A stretch of DNA of 64,000 nt from a virus. The position numbers and the translations under genes are program-made. The notes under the pieces were generated by a model, which made no database searches, was not told where the DNA came from, and saw nothing but the letters and a program-made list of their open reading frames with translations. Each line of letters opens with the position of its first letter. The stretch's first letter is position 1. This document shows, piece after piece, positions 18,469 through 28,984 of this stretch. The stretch is from positions 25,267 to 89,266 of the IMG/VR virus record IMGVR_UViG_3300021598_001271; one strand, given 5' to 3'.

Positions 18469-19227
18469 TTAACAATAAGTTTCAGCTAATTCCCAAAGTT
18501 TGGTATTAACATTGTTAACCACTGAGATGTTTTTCAATTCTCTCATTGAAGTCAATCGACCTCTACCTGAACGATATCCAACACCACCACGAACCATCTT
18601 CTCCTGTACTACGTTGAATACTTTCCACAAACTGTTTCCAACATCTCCGTCTCGTAAAGGATTAAGGATTTCTTCGATAGACATTGTTGACGGCATATTA
18701 CCTTCTTTCCAACGGATTGCTGCAGCTCCTTTAACAAACCCAACTTTCTCATCCATAGTTAACTCTCTGTTTTCCATTTTAGACAATGATTCTTGAATGA
18801 TTGGAAGACGTGAAGCAAAACTATCAGTTAGACGACGAACCTCTCCTAAATCAAAGTTTTGGTGACGGATATTGAATTGTTCAGCCAATGAAGTAGGTAC
18901 TGTCAATCCATTAGAACATACTAAACGGTGTAGTCCTGAACTAACTGAAAATGTAGTTAAACCATTGTGAGAATTACGAATAACCGCTTCAATCAATGAG
19001 TCACCAACCGCTGGAAGTTCTCCGTTACGAAGACGGATTTCGTGTGTCGCAAATTGACTACGACCTGTTTGTTTTGCCGAATAAACTTGCCAACCTTCTT
19101 GTTCAAAATTCTCCAAAATATCCATAGTCGGAACAAACGTATATTTGTCAGACATTTTTGGTGAAGGTGAAGTTGTAAAAATTGCAGGTACCTGAGATTT
19201 AAGGGTTTCAAAATTTAATGGAGTCAT
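18469..19227 (-). CDS. DUF932/DUF945-family protein
   Basis: SDKYTFVPT, NSHNG, GLHRLVCSNGL, LWKVFNVVQE, NTKLWELA. Confidence 0.88.
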   Translation of the reverse strand: MTPLNFETLKSQVPAIFTTSPSPKMSDKYTFVPTMDILENFEQEGWQVYSAKQTGRSQFATHEIRLRNGELPAVGDSLIEAVIRNSHNGLTTFSVSSGLHRLVCSNGLTVPTSLAEQFNIRHQNFDLGEVRRLTDSFASRLPIIQESLSKMENRELTMDEKVGFVKGAAAIRWKEGNMPSTMSIEEILNPLRDGDVGNSLWKVFNVVQEKMVRGGVGYRSGRGRLTSMRELKNISVVNNVNTKLWELAETYC

Positions 19228-19244
19228 ATCTTATTGTTTTAGAA

Positions 19245-19254
19245 TACAAAGATA
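19245..19254 (-). promoter_or_regulatory. TAnnTTTG promoter
   Basis: TATCTTTGTATTCTAAAA, the same context as 548-557. Confidence 0.7.
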
Positions 19255-19279
19255 TGAATAAATCTTGGATATACAAAAT

Positions 19280-19570
19280 TTAATTTAAACAAATTTGACC
19301 AAATTTAGTATCTAAGAAAATACTATTAATCTTTTTTTCTTCAACAGGTTTGTTAACTTCATTAAACATATCAACGACAATATCAACCATCTGTTTTTTG
19401 GTCAAGGCGGCATCTCCATTATCGGAATAATTTTTGTCCGACAATATCTTAATTCTTTCGTAGAATATTTCTTTATTTAAGTTACCAATCAAAGTAAAAA
19501 GGTCTTTCGGATTTGACTCGAAAAACCTTATCATTTGACTGACATAGATTTCTACGTCAATTTTGCTCAT
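19280..19570 (-). CDS. Hypothetical protein
   Basis: 96-aa ORF. Confidence 0.75.
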   Translation of the reverse strand: MSKIDVEIYVSQMIRFFESNPKDLFTLIGNLNKEIFYERIKILSDKNYSDNGDAALTKKQMVDIVVDMFNEVNKPVEEKKINSIFLDTKFGQICLN

Positions 19571-19577
19571 AATTTAA

Positions 19578-20972
19578 TTACATTTTTTTAGTAAAGAATC
19601 CACTACCGCTTGAACCTTCTTCCCCGAATTTTTCAGTGAAAGATTGTGACAAGTTTGGTTTAGAACCTTTAAGGTTAACAAACATTAGGTTAGGTAATTG
19701 AATAACAGACTCAGGTAAACTTGATAATTTAGGATTATCAGGTAAAGCTAAGAACGATAAGTTAGTTAATTGACCGATTTCATTAGGTAATGATTTAACA
19801 CAATTCATTAATAACAACGCTTCTAAGTTTTTAAATCTACCCAAAGTACTTGGGACATCTAAAGCAATAGTTTCATTTGATTTGTTGTTAAATAATAAAT
19901 TAGTGATATCGTCAGGTAAACTAGCGAAGAACTCATCAAATCCATACAATGCAATGAATTTAGCTGCAGAACTGTTAGGATATTCAATTTCAACTTTCTT
20001 ACCACCTGAAGTCGTCATACCTTTAGCAAATTCAGGTTTAAAGTATTCTTTAAGTTCAGACATTGACCCATTTAAGTATTGAATTAAATCAATTCTATGG
20101 TCCGCTCTATCCATAAATTGAGAAGACGGGAAATGGAATTGAAATCTTTCTTGAGGTAAACCAGTTCTTTTACCAACACTTCCTTTATCGTCATTAGCTA
20201 AGATAACATATAACGGTCCATCTTTAGCATAATTTCTAAAGTAACTTGAGTTTGGTGGTGAAGTACACCATCTAGATTCTCCATTATCGTAATCATAATA
20301 TCCCCCATACCAACTAGCAGCCTCTTGAGCCTTTTCATCAACACCTTCAATTTTAATAACAGTCCATTTATCTCCTGTGAATTCAACAGTGGCGCCAGGG
20401 TGAGAGAAACCTTCTCTCTCTTTTCTAATTTCTTTTTTTAGTTCTTTCTTTTCTAACTCTTTTTGTTTCTTCTCAGGAAGTTTAAAAGATTGTAAGAATC
20501 TAAATAATTCGTCAGGATTTGAGAATCTATTGATGTCTCTCTTATCCTGAGGAAAATATTGTTTGTATTTTGTAAACTTTTTAAGGTCCCCGTTCACTTT
20601 AAACAAATCCTCCATAAACAAATCACGATACTCTTGTACCATTTTTTTATATTCAGGAGTACCAGGTTGTACATCATCTCTTTCATCGTTGAAGGTACCA
20701 GGTGTTATGTAAGTCTTAAGTAACCAATTAGTATACGCTCCTGGTTGAACTCTTGATAAATTTTCAACCGTAACATCACTCTCATCAAAGTTTTGTGGTT
20801 TCTTAGTTGTAGGGTCGGCAAAGATAATTCTTGATAAATCAAGTAAATCCATAATAGGTTTTATCTCCTTACCAGTCTTCTTGTCCTTCTTTTTAGAGGT
20901 ATATTTGTCTAATAGAACATCAAACCTAGACTGCTCCATTAATATGTTAACTAAAGTATTACTTAATCTCAT
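19578..20972 (-). CDS. 'RWCT' domain protein with C-terminal leucine-rich repeats
   Basis: VPSTLGRFKNLEALLL, LPNEIGQLTNLSFLAL, LPESVIQLPNLMFVNL repeats. Confidence 0.85.
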   Translation of the reverse strand: MRLSNTLVNILMEQSRFDVLLDKYTSKKKDKKTGKEIKPIMDLLDLSRIIFADPTTKKPQNFDESDVTVENLSRVQPGAYTNWLLKTYITPGTFNDERDDVQPGTPEYKKMVQEYRDLFMEDLFKVNGDLKKFTKYKQYFPQDKRDINRFSNPDELFRFLQSFKLPEKKQKELEKKELKKEIRKEREGFSHPGATVEFTGDKWTVIKIEGVDEKAQEAASWYGGYYDYDNGESRWCTSPPNSSYFRNYAKDGPLYVILANDDKGSVGKRTGLPQERFQFHFPSSQFMDRADHRIDLIQYLNGSMSELKEYFKPEFAKGMTTSGGKKVEIEYPNSSAAKFIALYGFDEFFASLPDDITNLLFNNKSNETIALDVPSTLGRFKNLEALLLMNCVKSLPNEIGQLTNLSFLALPDNPKLSSLPESVIQLPNLMFVNLKGSKPNLSQSFTEKFGEEGSSGSGFFTKKM

Positions 20973-21017
20973 TATCCGTATTGTTTTAATATAAATATTT
21001 GATAAAGCAAAAATAGA

Positions 21018-21857
21018 TTAATAATTCATAATTAACAACTCTTCACCCATATTTTGTGTCTTACCTTTTTTAGCGGCAGCCGCCTTTGCAAACTCTTTTT
21101 TCTCCCAACGATATTGATTCTCAGGAAACCAAGTATGTAAAAGTTCAAAGTCATAATAAGACAAACTAAACTTACCTTGGATGTTATATAAGACATTCGC
21201 AAGTCTTTCGTGGTCATTTCTATCAAAATCGTGATTAGAATAATAGTTTTCGGTTTTCCAGTATGGAGGGTCCAAATATATGTATGTGGTTGGCGAATCA
21301 TACTTTGCAATCACGTCTGCAAAATCCATATTCTCAACTTCAGTTATTCTTAAGAAATGTTCCACCCAATCAGGTTTAGATAATTTATCTCTGAATGTAA
21401 GATACTTTGATTTATACTTACCTTTTAGGTCAATGAATGAACTTGTTTCAGGTTTACTACCACTAAACACTTGGGTTAATACATACGCATATTTAGCCGC
21501 AACAGTATAATCATAAGCATTTACGCTGAAATTTTCCGCAAATATTTCAGCTTGGAACCTTACAAATTGTTCACGATATATTGCAGGCGTATTCTCCTCA
21601 CCTACTTGTTGACAAGGAATTGCATTAATCGCTTCTAATAATAGTGTTGGGTTTTTAATACACTGAAACAAATTATAGTTTAATGGGTTAAAGTCGTTAT
21701 ATACAACTTTTTTAAGATTAGGATACTTTGTTAAGTCCATATTAAAGAAACACCAGAACATACCTCCAAATGTTTCTACGTATGTCTCCATATCCTCAGG
21801 GTAAAAAGGAACTATCCATTTACCAATTTTACTTTTACCTCCGATGTACGATAGCAT
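21018..21857 (-). CDS. DNA adenine methyltransferase (Dam/D12 class)
   Basis: SYIGGKS, YVETFGG, VYNDFN, YLDPPY. Confidence 0.93.
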   Translation of the reverse strand: MLSYIGGKSKIGKWIVPFYPEDMETYVETFGGMFWCFFNMDLTKYPNLKKVVYNDFNPLNYNLFQCIKNPTLLLEAINAIPCQQVGEENTPAIYREQFVRFQAEIFAENFSVNAYDYTVAAKYAYVLTQVFSGSKPETSSFIDLKGKYKSKYLTFRDKLSKPDWVEHFLRITEVENMDFADVIAKYDSPTTYIYLDPPYWKTENYYSNHDFDRNDHERLANVLYNIQGKFSLSYYDFELLHTWFPENQYRWEKKEFAKAAAAKKGKTQNMGEELLIMNY

Positions 21858-21971
21858 AATTATTTGATTTTGATTAAATATAAGAAATAAAACTCAAAAA
21901 GGCAAATGGTTTAACTATTTTTTTTATTGACATAGTCCGATTTTTGAAGTAACTTTACTAAAAGAATTAAA

Positions 21972-22262
21972 ATGGTTAGTGTAACATCCTATAAGTTTAT
22001 TTATGATAATTTAGGTTTAGAACACATTAAGTGTTGTCTAAATAATAACAAATTTTTTGACATCGAAATCGATGACTTTTTTTTCTATCTTTTAGATTTA
22101 GATAAAAATTTAAAATTATATTCTGACAAATTCAATAATTGGGATGAATTAGTGTGTGATTTATCCACTTTGGGGTATCCTTTTGAAACTTATTTTGAAT
22201 CATACATCAACACTCAGTTTAGTGAGGAAGAATTAGTGGAATTCACATACAGTTATATTTAA
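21972..22262 (+). CDS. Hypothetical protein
   Basis: 96-aa acidic ORF. Confidence 0.6.
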   Translation: MVSVTSYKFIYDNLGLEHIKCCLNNNKFFDIEIDDFFFYLLDLDKNLKLYSDKFNNWDELVCDLSTLGYPFETYFESYINTQFSEEELVEFTYSYI

Positions 22263-22266
22263 AAAT

Positions 22267-22410
22267 ATGGAAGAAAAAAATTGTAGATTTTGTAAACGAG
22301 TTAAAAAACGTATTAACAAATACGTTATAATATCAATATACTTATTAATTTTAGTTATCATTGGACAAATCGAATTAATTAGATTTATACTGTCGTTGTT
22401 TCGTCCCTAG
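22267..22410 (+). CDS. Small membrane protein with CxxC (47 aa, not in ORF track)
   Basis: [14 protein letters not shown]...[15 protein letters not shown]... Confidence 0.55.
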   Translation: MEEKNCRFCKRVKKRINKYVIISIYLLILVIIGQIELIRFILSLFRP

Positions 22411-23341
22411 TATATTTTACATTCATTTTAATCAGTAAATCCCCAACAAATCCATTATTAAGTTTAAATCCTTTTTGTCTAACTCTTAAAGGAACTTGTG
22501 TGTTAAACTCTTTAGGGAATTTAACAGATATCTTACCATCAGGATGACTAACTTGGAAATCATTATTCTTCAAGTCTTCTAAATTAAAGAACGCATTATA
22601 TACTAAATCATTATTGTATTTTTCAAAACCATCCTTATTAACAAGTTTAACTTTTAATATAACGTCACCAATAACTCCATTAACAAAATCTCCTTTACCT
22701 GGTACTCTCAACATTTGTCCATCATCAACATTTCTTGGAAAATTAATTGTCAAAGAATCTACAGTATCTTTATTTCCAAATCCATTACAACTATAACATT
22801 TATTTCTAAATGTAAAACCTCTACCTTCACAAGATGTACAAGATGTTTTTAGTATTTGAGTGAACATACCTGTACCAACTCTCTGGTGAACAAACCCTTG
22901 TCCTCCACAAGTTAAACATCCTGTCTTCTCCCCACCACCACCTGAACAAGGTTCACAAGCAATTTTCTTAGAGAAATTAATACTTTTAGACGTACCTAAA
23001 AAAGACTCAACAACAGTTAATTGAATCTCAACTAATTTTTCAGGAGTTCGAGGTCTTCTATTATTCATATTATTGAACATCTGATTTATCATATCGTCCA
23101 TAGAACCTCCTCCACCTCCAAAAGGATTTTGTCCTGCAAATGGATTATTCAATCTATTATCATAATCACGTCTTTTGGTCTCATCACCAATAACATCATA
23201 AGCTTCCGCAATTTGTTTAAATTTTTCTTCACCCTGTGGATTCTTATCGGGATGATACTCTATCGCAAGTTTTCGATACACCTTCTTAATCTCCTCTTGA
23301 GTTGCGTCTTTACTTACTCCTAAAATTTCGTAATAATTCAT
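22385..23341 (-). CDS. dnaJ: DnaJ chaperone
   Basis: J domain with HPD, G/F region, four CxxCxGxG repeats and a C-terminal domain. Confidence 0.95.
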   Translation of the reverse strand: MNYYEILGVSKDATQEEIKKVYRKLAIEYHPDKNPQGEEKFKQIAEAYDVIGDETKRRDYDNRLNNPFAGQNPFGGGGGSMDDMINQMFNNMNNRRPRTPEKLVEIQLTVVESFLGTSKSINFSKKIACEPCSGGGGEKTGCLTCGGQGFVHQRVGTGMFTQILKTSCTSCEGRGFTFRNKCYSCNGFGNKDTVDSLTINFPRNVDDGQMLRVPGKGDFVNGVIGDVILKVKLVNKDGFEKYNNDLVYNAFFNLEDLKNNDFQVSHPDGKISVKFPKEFNTQVPLRVRQKGFKLNNGFVGDLLIKMNVKYTRDETTTV

Positions 23342-23343
23342 AT

Positions 23344-23991
23344 ATGAATGGTGATTATATTATAGTTCTATTTAAGAATAAACAGAGATATAAAATAATA
23401 AAGCAATATAAAACGTATAAAAACGCATTAAGTTTATTTAAATCAATGATTGATGAAAATAAAGAAGTTGTGTTCGATGTCCAAACAGAAAATGGTAAGG
23501 ATGTTAAATACGAGATTGCATTATTAGAGAAAAGTTCTGCGAAACTAATACCTATGTTTATGACAGATGAAATGGGTAGGAATGTCAAAGTAGATGTTGA
23601 CAATCCTGACTATACTATAACAAAAATTGAAAGTTATCGAATCCCTGAAAAAATACAAAACATAACAACCAATGAAAGGGTAGAAGTAAATCAACTAATT
23701 AAAAAATACATTACAGATTCTTCCTTAAAATTAGTATCTAAATTGAATAACAAAATAATCATTCAGGATGATGATAAATTCAATGTATTTGCAACTAAGT
23801 CAATATACGATGCCGAAAGATTTCTAAATAATTTAGAATCTTATATGATTTCAAATAATAGACGTAATTGTTTAATAGTAAAAGATAGTAGTATTGAGCA
23901 AAAAAAATACCTCTATGAGGTATTATCTAATCAGGGGTTTAGTAAAAAAATGTTATATAGAACTTCGACTACTCATCTAAAAGATAAATAA
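23344..23991 (+). CDS. Hypothetical protein
   Basis: Likely start ATG 23344, head-to-head with dnaJ. Confidence 0.75.
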   Translation: MNGDYIIVLFKNKQRYKIIKQYKTYKNALSLFKSMIDENKEVVFDVQTENGKDVKYEIALLEKSSAKLIPMFMTDEMGRNVKVDVDNPDYTITKIESYRIPEKIQNITTNERVEVNQLIKKYITDSSLKLVSKLNNKIIIQDDDKFNVFATKSIYDAERFLNNLESYMISNNRRNCLIVKDSSIEQKKYLYEVLSNQGFSKKMLYRTSTTHLKDK

Positions 23992-24190
23992 ACTCCACAC
24001 CTGAGATATCAATCTTAAACTGTTCTTTATCTTCATCAGCACCTTTTAGAACTGACCTCATCTTAACAAATTCATTTCTATTTAACTGGAAGACTACACC
24101 TTTTTTACCTTCGTATAGTTCATCAACGGCATCGGCAATTAACGCCAATTTTTCTAAATACCCATCAAAACTTTCTTTATTCTCTGCCAT
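23969..24190 (-). CDS. Hypothetical protein
   Basis: 73-aa ORF in an overlapping operon. Confidence 0.7.
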   Translation of the reverse strand: MAENKESFDGYLEKLALIADAVDELYEGKKGVVFQLNRNEFVKMRSVLKGADEDKEQFKIDISGVEFIYLLDE

Positions 24191-24345
24191 AAAGTTAATT
24201 TTTTAAATTTGTTTTCAAATATTTCTTCTTTTTTTAGTTTTTTAAGTTTGTTAGCAAACTCAACTTTTTTTCTATCAGTCTCAATCTTATCTTTCTCAAT
24301 TTCCTTCTGATACCAATTCAATATTTTCTCCGTCTTCTGGCTCAT
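24154..24345 (-). CDS. Hypothetical basic protein
   Basis: 63-aa ORF ending LTLWQRIKKVLMGI. Confidence 0.65.
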   Translation of the reverse strand: MSQKTEKILNWYQKEIEKDKIETDRKKVEFANKLKKLKKEEIFENKFKKLTLWQRIKKVLMGI

Positions 24346-24733
24346 CTTCTAATTCAATTTTTAAACCTTGTTTAATCTGAAACTCTAACGCTTTCAAATC
24401 ATCTAAATTACTTTTATCGAAAAATGATTTCAACTCTTTAACTTTATCTTCAAATAACTTTTCTTTCTCTTCTCTTTCTTTATTGTATCTGATGATGTTT
24501 TTTAAGTTATAAAACAAAACATCAATAGGCTCTTTTTGAAAGATAGTTGCAAATGAAAAAAACCTTGTATTTGGTTTATCACTTTTTTGTTCAACCACCA
24601 TCTTTTCATCTACATATTTCTTAGGTAATTTCCAAGTGGTAGGGAATTCAACATCAATCGTTATGTAGTCTTCTAGTTTTCTAATAGAAACTAAATGTGG
24701 AAATATATCGCTAATCTGTTCGTATAAATTCAT
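24296..24733 (-). CDS. Hypothetical protein
   Basis: 145-aa ORF. Confidence 0.8.
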   Translation of the reverse strand: MNLYEQISDIFPHLVSIRKLEDYITIDVEFPTTWKLPKKYVDEKMVVEQKSDKPNTRFFSFATIFQKEPIDVLFYNLKNIIRYNKEREEKEKLFEDKVKELKSFFDKSNLDDLKALEFQIKQGLKIELEDEPEDGENIELVSEGN

Positions 24734-24924
24734 TATATGTTTTTAATTATGTAAGTTATTAAATAGGATAACATTAATCCGTTGAAAAAAAGCTCCCTAC
24801 TACTGAGAACCAACTTTTGTGGAGGGTCTTGTAGTAGGGCACTTATAAATTTAATTACAACTCTTAAGTTTGTAAGAATTGAAAAGATAAATAGAAATAA
24901 AAATATGTTTTCTATATTAAGCAT
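24733..24924 (-). CDS. Small two-TM membrane protein
   Basis: Two hydrophobic segments in 63 aa. Confidence 0.65.
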   Translation of the reverse strand: MLNIENIFLFLFIFSILTNLRVVIKFISALLQDPPQKLVLSSRELFFNGLMLSYLITYIIKNI

Positions 24925-25108
24925 TCTCGTCTTTTTTTCTATCTTCTAAAATTTCTTTTCTTAATGTTTGTAATAAGTCTTTTAATTCCTGAGCTAATTT
25001 TCTCGCTCTAGTTCCAGCACTCTTGTTACCTTTGTAGTGTTTTCCAGTATCTACAGATAACTCTTCTGTTTTAAGTTTGATTTGCTCAATTGTTGATAAT
25101 TGTTCCAT
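24917..25108 (-). CDS. Histone H1-like (Hc1-family) nucleoid protein
   Basis: KGNKSAGTRARK..QELK.L.Q.LRKEI signature. Confidence 0.85.
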   Translation of the reverse strand: MEQLSTIEQIKLKTEELSVDTGKHYKGNKSAGTRARKLAQELKDLLQTLRKEILEDRKKDENA

Positions 25109-25193
25109 CTTATTTAAGATTTGTTTTTTGTGTTTATTAAATTACTAAAATAATAATTTTTCTTTCGTACAAGTAAATAAAACCAAAGTTTTT

Positions 25194-25661
25194 TTATTGT
25201 GAAATATTTTTATCTAATAGTTTATATAGTTCAGTATATAACTCAAGGTCCGATTTAGTAAATGGTATTTTACGATTAAATAGGTCTTTTAAGAAAGAAT
25301 CAATAGAGTCTCTAACGTTGTTATTCTTTTGCGTATAATAAACCTCCATAAAGAAACTATTAAAGTATTCGAAATGGTCCCCTTTGGTATTAAACCTAAC
25401 GTTTTCTTTCTTAAAGTTTTCGATTGTTTTGTTCCAACACCATTCAAAATGTTTTTTCTTATCTTCTTCAGATAACGTGACTTTGGTTTCATAATTAAAA
25501 GATTCGTCACCAAGATACGTTTCTTTCATTAAAGTGAATAACGATACGCAAAAATCGAAAAATAATTCACCTTTTTCAGGTATCATATTATTCATATTAA
25601 ACCAAATCTCAACGTCTTCACTATCCATAGGTTTGGATATCCAATTAAAAAAATTCTCCAT
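25194..25661 (-). CDS. Hypothetical protein
   Basis: 155-aa ORF. Confidence 0.8.
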   Translation of the reverse strand: MENFFNWISKPMDSEDVEIWFNMNNMIPEKGELFFDFCVSLFTLMKETYLGDESFNYETKVTLSEEDKKKHFEWCWNKTIENFKKENVRFNTKGDHFEYFNSFFMEVYYTQKNNNVRDSIDSFLKDLFNRKIPFTKSDLELYTELYKLLDKNISQ

Positions 25662-25711
25662 AGAAATATACTTCTATGGAGAATATAATATAAGTTAAAT
25701 AAAATTGTATA

Positions 25712-26761
25712 TTATTGAGTGTTTTTGTTGTAACCCATTAAATGTTTCATTTTATTAAATTCTTCATTTAATAATGGGTTTTCTGTATTTTTGACAGATT
25801 CATCAACGTTATTTAAAACTTCTTGAGCCGTTTTCTTACCTTTTCTACTTTTTAAAGTACCTCTTTCAGTTTTTTCACCAGCGGTGTCAACAGGTTGTGG
25901 TTGTCTCTTATATGAAGCATTCATTTGTTCTTGACCATAAAGATTATCATCAAAATTCTTTTTGAATTTTTTACCCACTTTACTTGGTACAACATTACCC
26001 AACGCTTTACCTTTACTATCAACTTGAGCGTTACCTGTTGTACTATCGCCTGTTAAGTATTTGTCAATTAGTTCATCATTAGGTTTAATCTCATCATAAA
26101 CTAAATTTGTCATACCAGGATATGAAAATGCGTCAATATATTCATCCACCGCATCTGAAGGTGTATATTTTTTAACTTTAGAATCTTTTTCTAAAGAACC
26201 ATTACCTTTAGGAAAGTCTTCAGGATTAGTTTCGTAAGAACCTTTAGTCATATCCTTAAGATAGTCTTTCATTTTTTTAGTAACCGCTTTAATAGCATCT
26301 TCATTTTCTTTTTTATCAGCACTTAAAACTTTTTCAGTTTCACCAAGTCCTTTAGCTTTCTTTTGTTCTAATACTATCTTTTCAATTAAATCAATCATTT
26401 CAGTTTCGGTCAATCTTAAAGTGTCTTTTTTAGACTCTTTAACTGAATATTTTTTACCATCAACTTCAAATTCATCATCACCTTCTTCTTTAGCTTTAGC
26501 TAAAGCCCCTGTAAAAGCATTACCTTCTTCAGTTTCCGCTTCCTCAAGTTCGTTATTTCCCTCACCACAGTACTCTTGAAGTTTACCTAATGGAGTTGAG
26601 TCTTCGTGCATATCAGTATCTTGACCACTAATAGTTACAGGACCGTTAGGATTCCATTCATCAACTTTAGATTTAATTTTAGTAACTAAATCATCGGCTT
26701 TTTCTTGAAGAGATTCCTCTAAAACTCTTTTAACTAGACTGTCTATGTTTAATTTTTTCAT
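25712..26761 (-). CDS. Hypothetical protein, possible prohead core/internal protein
   Basis: K/E-rich; several I/L-x-E motifs (VLEE, LRLTETEMIDLIEKIVLEQ, LLNEE); TATTTAT upstream. Confidence 0.7.
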   Translation of the reverse strand: MKKLNIDSLVKRVLEESLQEKADDLVTKIKSKVDEWNPNGPVTISGQDTDMHEDSTPLGKLQEYCGEGNNELEEAETEEGNAFTGALAKAKEEGDDEFEVDGKKYSVKESKKDTLRLTETEMIDLIEKIVLEQKKAKGLGETEKVLSADKKENEDAIKAVTKKMKDYLKDMTKGSYETNPEDFPKGNGSLEKDSKVKKYTPSDAVDEYIDAFSYPGMTNLVYDEIKPNDELIDKYLTGDSTTGNAQVDSKGKALGNVVPSKVGKKFKKNFDDNLYGQEQMNASYKRQPQPVDTAGEKTERGTLKSRKGKKTAQEVLNNVDESVKNTENPLLNEEFNKMKHLMGYNKNTQ

Positions 26762-26786
26762 TTTCAATTGTTTTATTATAAATATA

Positions 26787-27437
26787 TTAAATCGACGGTT
26801 TGTGTTTATAATTTTCGATTTCGTATTGGATTATTGTTTTTATTACATTCTCACTAATATTATGTTCTTTACTAATTTTAGTGATGACTTTCTTAACTAC
26901 TTCGTTTTCATAAATCTTAAGAGCCTTTATGTCTCCTTGATTACAGTACGGGAAGGTTTTACATTTCTTTTTAATTGTCACGAATTTACCACCAGGAATT
27001 TGAGTTTTTGATTTACCTCTCCAATGTTTTTTGTCGGTAGATTTAGCCCAAGCTGCGGTTGTTGTATATTGACCTGCAGATGCCGCTCCTGTCGCTTCTT
27101 TTGTTTCAACTTTACTAACATTCTTATTAACAATATCTCCCTTTGTGGTTGAGAATAATGGTGCAGAATAACCCCCTGCTGAAGCAGCTCCTGTAGATTC
27201 TTTGTTTTCTTTTTTCTTGGCCTTTCCTTGACAATGAGCTCTTTGTGAAAATCCTTTAGGGTTATTACAGTCAATACTGTCTTTATATTCTTTAGACCAC
27301 TTTTCTTCAACTTCATTCTCAGGTAATTCACCTTTGAAGTCATTATAGGTTTGGAATCCCTCGTTGTCTTTGAATACATCGGCAGATGCAAAAGAACTTG
27401 ATAATTTATCTTTTAATGAATTTATTATGTCTCCCAT
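26787..27437 (-). CDS. Hypothetical protein with an internal repeat
   Basis: KESTGAASAGGY and KEATGAASAGQY repeats; IDCNNPKGFSQRAHC motif. Confidence 0.8.
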   Translation of the reverse strand: MGDIINSLKDKLSSSFASADVFKDNEGFQTYNDFKGELPENEVEEKWSKEYKDSIDCNNPKGFSQRAHCQGKAKKKENKESTGAASAGGYSAPLFSTTKGDIVNKNVSKVETKEATGAASAGQYTTTAAWAKSTDKKHWRGKSKTQIPGGKFVTIKKKCKTFPYCNQGDIKALKIYENEVVKKVITKISKEHNISENVIKTIIQYEIENYKHKPSI

Positions 27438-27442
27438 AGTTG

Positions 27443-27688
27443 TTAAGCGTTTTTAATTCTAGATTCCCAATAGTTTCTGTTTACCCACATAAAATTGTAG
27501 AATTCTCTAAACATTTTTAATACAATGTCTTTAACATCACCTTCAAGTTTACCTCGTTTAATTTCTCTTGCGATGGTATCTAAAAACTTGTCTTCAAATT
27601 GTTTCATAGTAGTATGACCCATAAAGTCTTTAATCTCTTTACGAACCATAATTTCAATTTCTCTTTTATCAGTTTGATTTAAAGCCAT
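27443..27688 (-). CDS. Hypothetical protein
   Basis: 81-aa ORF. Confidence 0.75.
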   Translation of the reverse strand: MALNQTDKREIEIMVRKEIKDFMGHTTMKQFEDKFLDTIAREIKRGKLEGDVKDIVLKMFREFYNFMWVNRNYWESRIKNA

Positions 27689-27689
27689 T

Positions 27690-28115
27690 TTAGTTTGTTA
27701 TTAATAAAAATGATGTTGCAATGACTCCGACAACAGTCCCTACTTTATACCAAAAAGTAGTTCTTTTTTGTGACTTCAATTCTTTTTGTAAGTCCTTAGT
27801 CATATCATCATATAGTTTAATTTGTTGGTCTTTTTGAGTAATAATAAATTGGTTATTTTTATCTTTATCTTTTAATAAAGATATGATAGTATCTTTCTGA
27901 GATTCTCTCTCTTCAAGTTTAATAACCTTCTCTTGAGTTAATTTTAATTCTTCAACACAACCGTCAAGTTTAATTAAATCTTTCACAACTTGTTTAGCAA
28001 CCTCTTTAGTTAATACTACTTTAGTTGTATCAGTTTTAATCTTATTTGTATCTATCTGCGAAAAACAATTCAAGCTCGTTAAGGCCAAAATTGTCAACAT
28101 TATCAATTTTTTCAT
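27690..28115 (-). CDS. Exported coiled-coil protein with C-terminal TM (spanin candidate)
   Basis: Signal peptide MKKLIMLTILALTSLNCFSQ, coiled coil, C-terminal hydrophobic helix. Confidence 0.6.
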   Translation of the reverse strand: MKKLIMLTILALTSLNCFSQIDTNKIKTDTTKVVLTKEVAKQVVKDLIKLDGCVEELKLTQEKVIKLEERESQKDTIISLLKDKDKNNQFIITQKDQQIKLYDDMTKDLQKELKSQKRTTFWYKVGTVVGVIATSFLLITN

Positions 28116-28377
28116 CTGTGTTGTTTTTTACTATAGTTATTGTATTATCTATGTGATGAATTTCCTTAGTTACAATTGCAACTTTTTCATCAACTTTTTC
28201 TATCTTATTATCAATCTCTTTATTAATTACTTGAGCAGAGTCAACTTTAACTTGAATTGAATCTATTTTTTTAACATACCCATCAACGTCAGTTTTAATA
28301 CCATTAGTGTTAAAGATGTTATAAACAACTAAAATAACAACTAAGAATAATAAAACAGTTTCTTTTGTAATTTTCAT
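28042..28377 (-). CDS. Membrane-anchored coiled-coil protein (i-spanin candidate)
   Basis: N-terminal TM then coiled coil; 74-nt overlap with the next gene. Confidence 0.6.
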   Translation of the reverse strand: MKITKETVLLFLVVILVVYNIFNTNGIKTDVDGYVKKIDSIQVKVDSAQVINKEIDNKIEKVDEKVAIVTKEIHHIDNTITIVKNNTDEKIDNVDNFGLNELELFFADRYK

Positions 28378-28378
28378 A

Positions 28379-28984
28379 TTATGGTTGTTGAGTTGGTTTA
28401 GGTGATGTCTTCTTACGAGACGCTAAAACTTTAGCCCATTTAGCTTTAAATTTCTCATAATAAGTGTCTAATTTATTTAGCATATTCAAGAAATTCTCAT
28501 CCACTTTAATCATAGTACCATCGATGTATATTCCGTTATTTTCACCTAATGTAAAATAGTATTGGATATCGAAGTCAATTATCTTACCACCCCATTCAAC
28601 ATCTGTTTTATATACGTTTAAAGGTTCAAAGTCAACTAAGTCAGAAACTTCATTAACAAACTCATCCATAGTTTCTTGGAATGCAGTTTTATCGTCAGTG
28701 GTTAATTCTAAATCAGTACTTTCTTTTCCGTGAAGAGTTATTACACCACCTGAAATTCTATAAGACTGTTGTTTATCCGATTTACTTTCAGTTTCCTTAC
28801 TGTCTTCAATCTCCTTTTCAGCATCTTCAATAGGGTTAATTTTTTGAGTTAAATCCTCTTGTTCAGAGATAATCCCATAAGATTTTCTGATTTCACTAAT
28901 TTCTTCATTTAAACTACTGTTTTTACCTAACATATTGTTAGAAGCCTTTAGTAGTTTTTTTATTTCATCATACGAGTTGTTCAT
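28379..28984 (-). CDS. Hypothetical protein
   Basis: 201-aa ORF with SLNEE and IISEQ motifs. Confidence 0.8.
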   Translation of the reverse strand: MNNSYDEIKKLLKASNNMLGKNSSLNEEISEIRKSYGIISEQEDLTQKINPIEDAEKEIEDSKETESKSDKQQSYRISGGVITLHGKESTDLELTTDDKTAFQETMDEFVNEVSDLVDFEPLNVYKTDVEWGGKIIDFDIQYYFTLGENNGIYIDGTMIKVDENFLNMLNKLDTYYEKFKAKWAKVLASRKKTSPKPTQQP

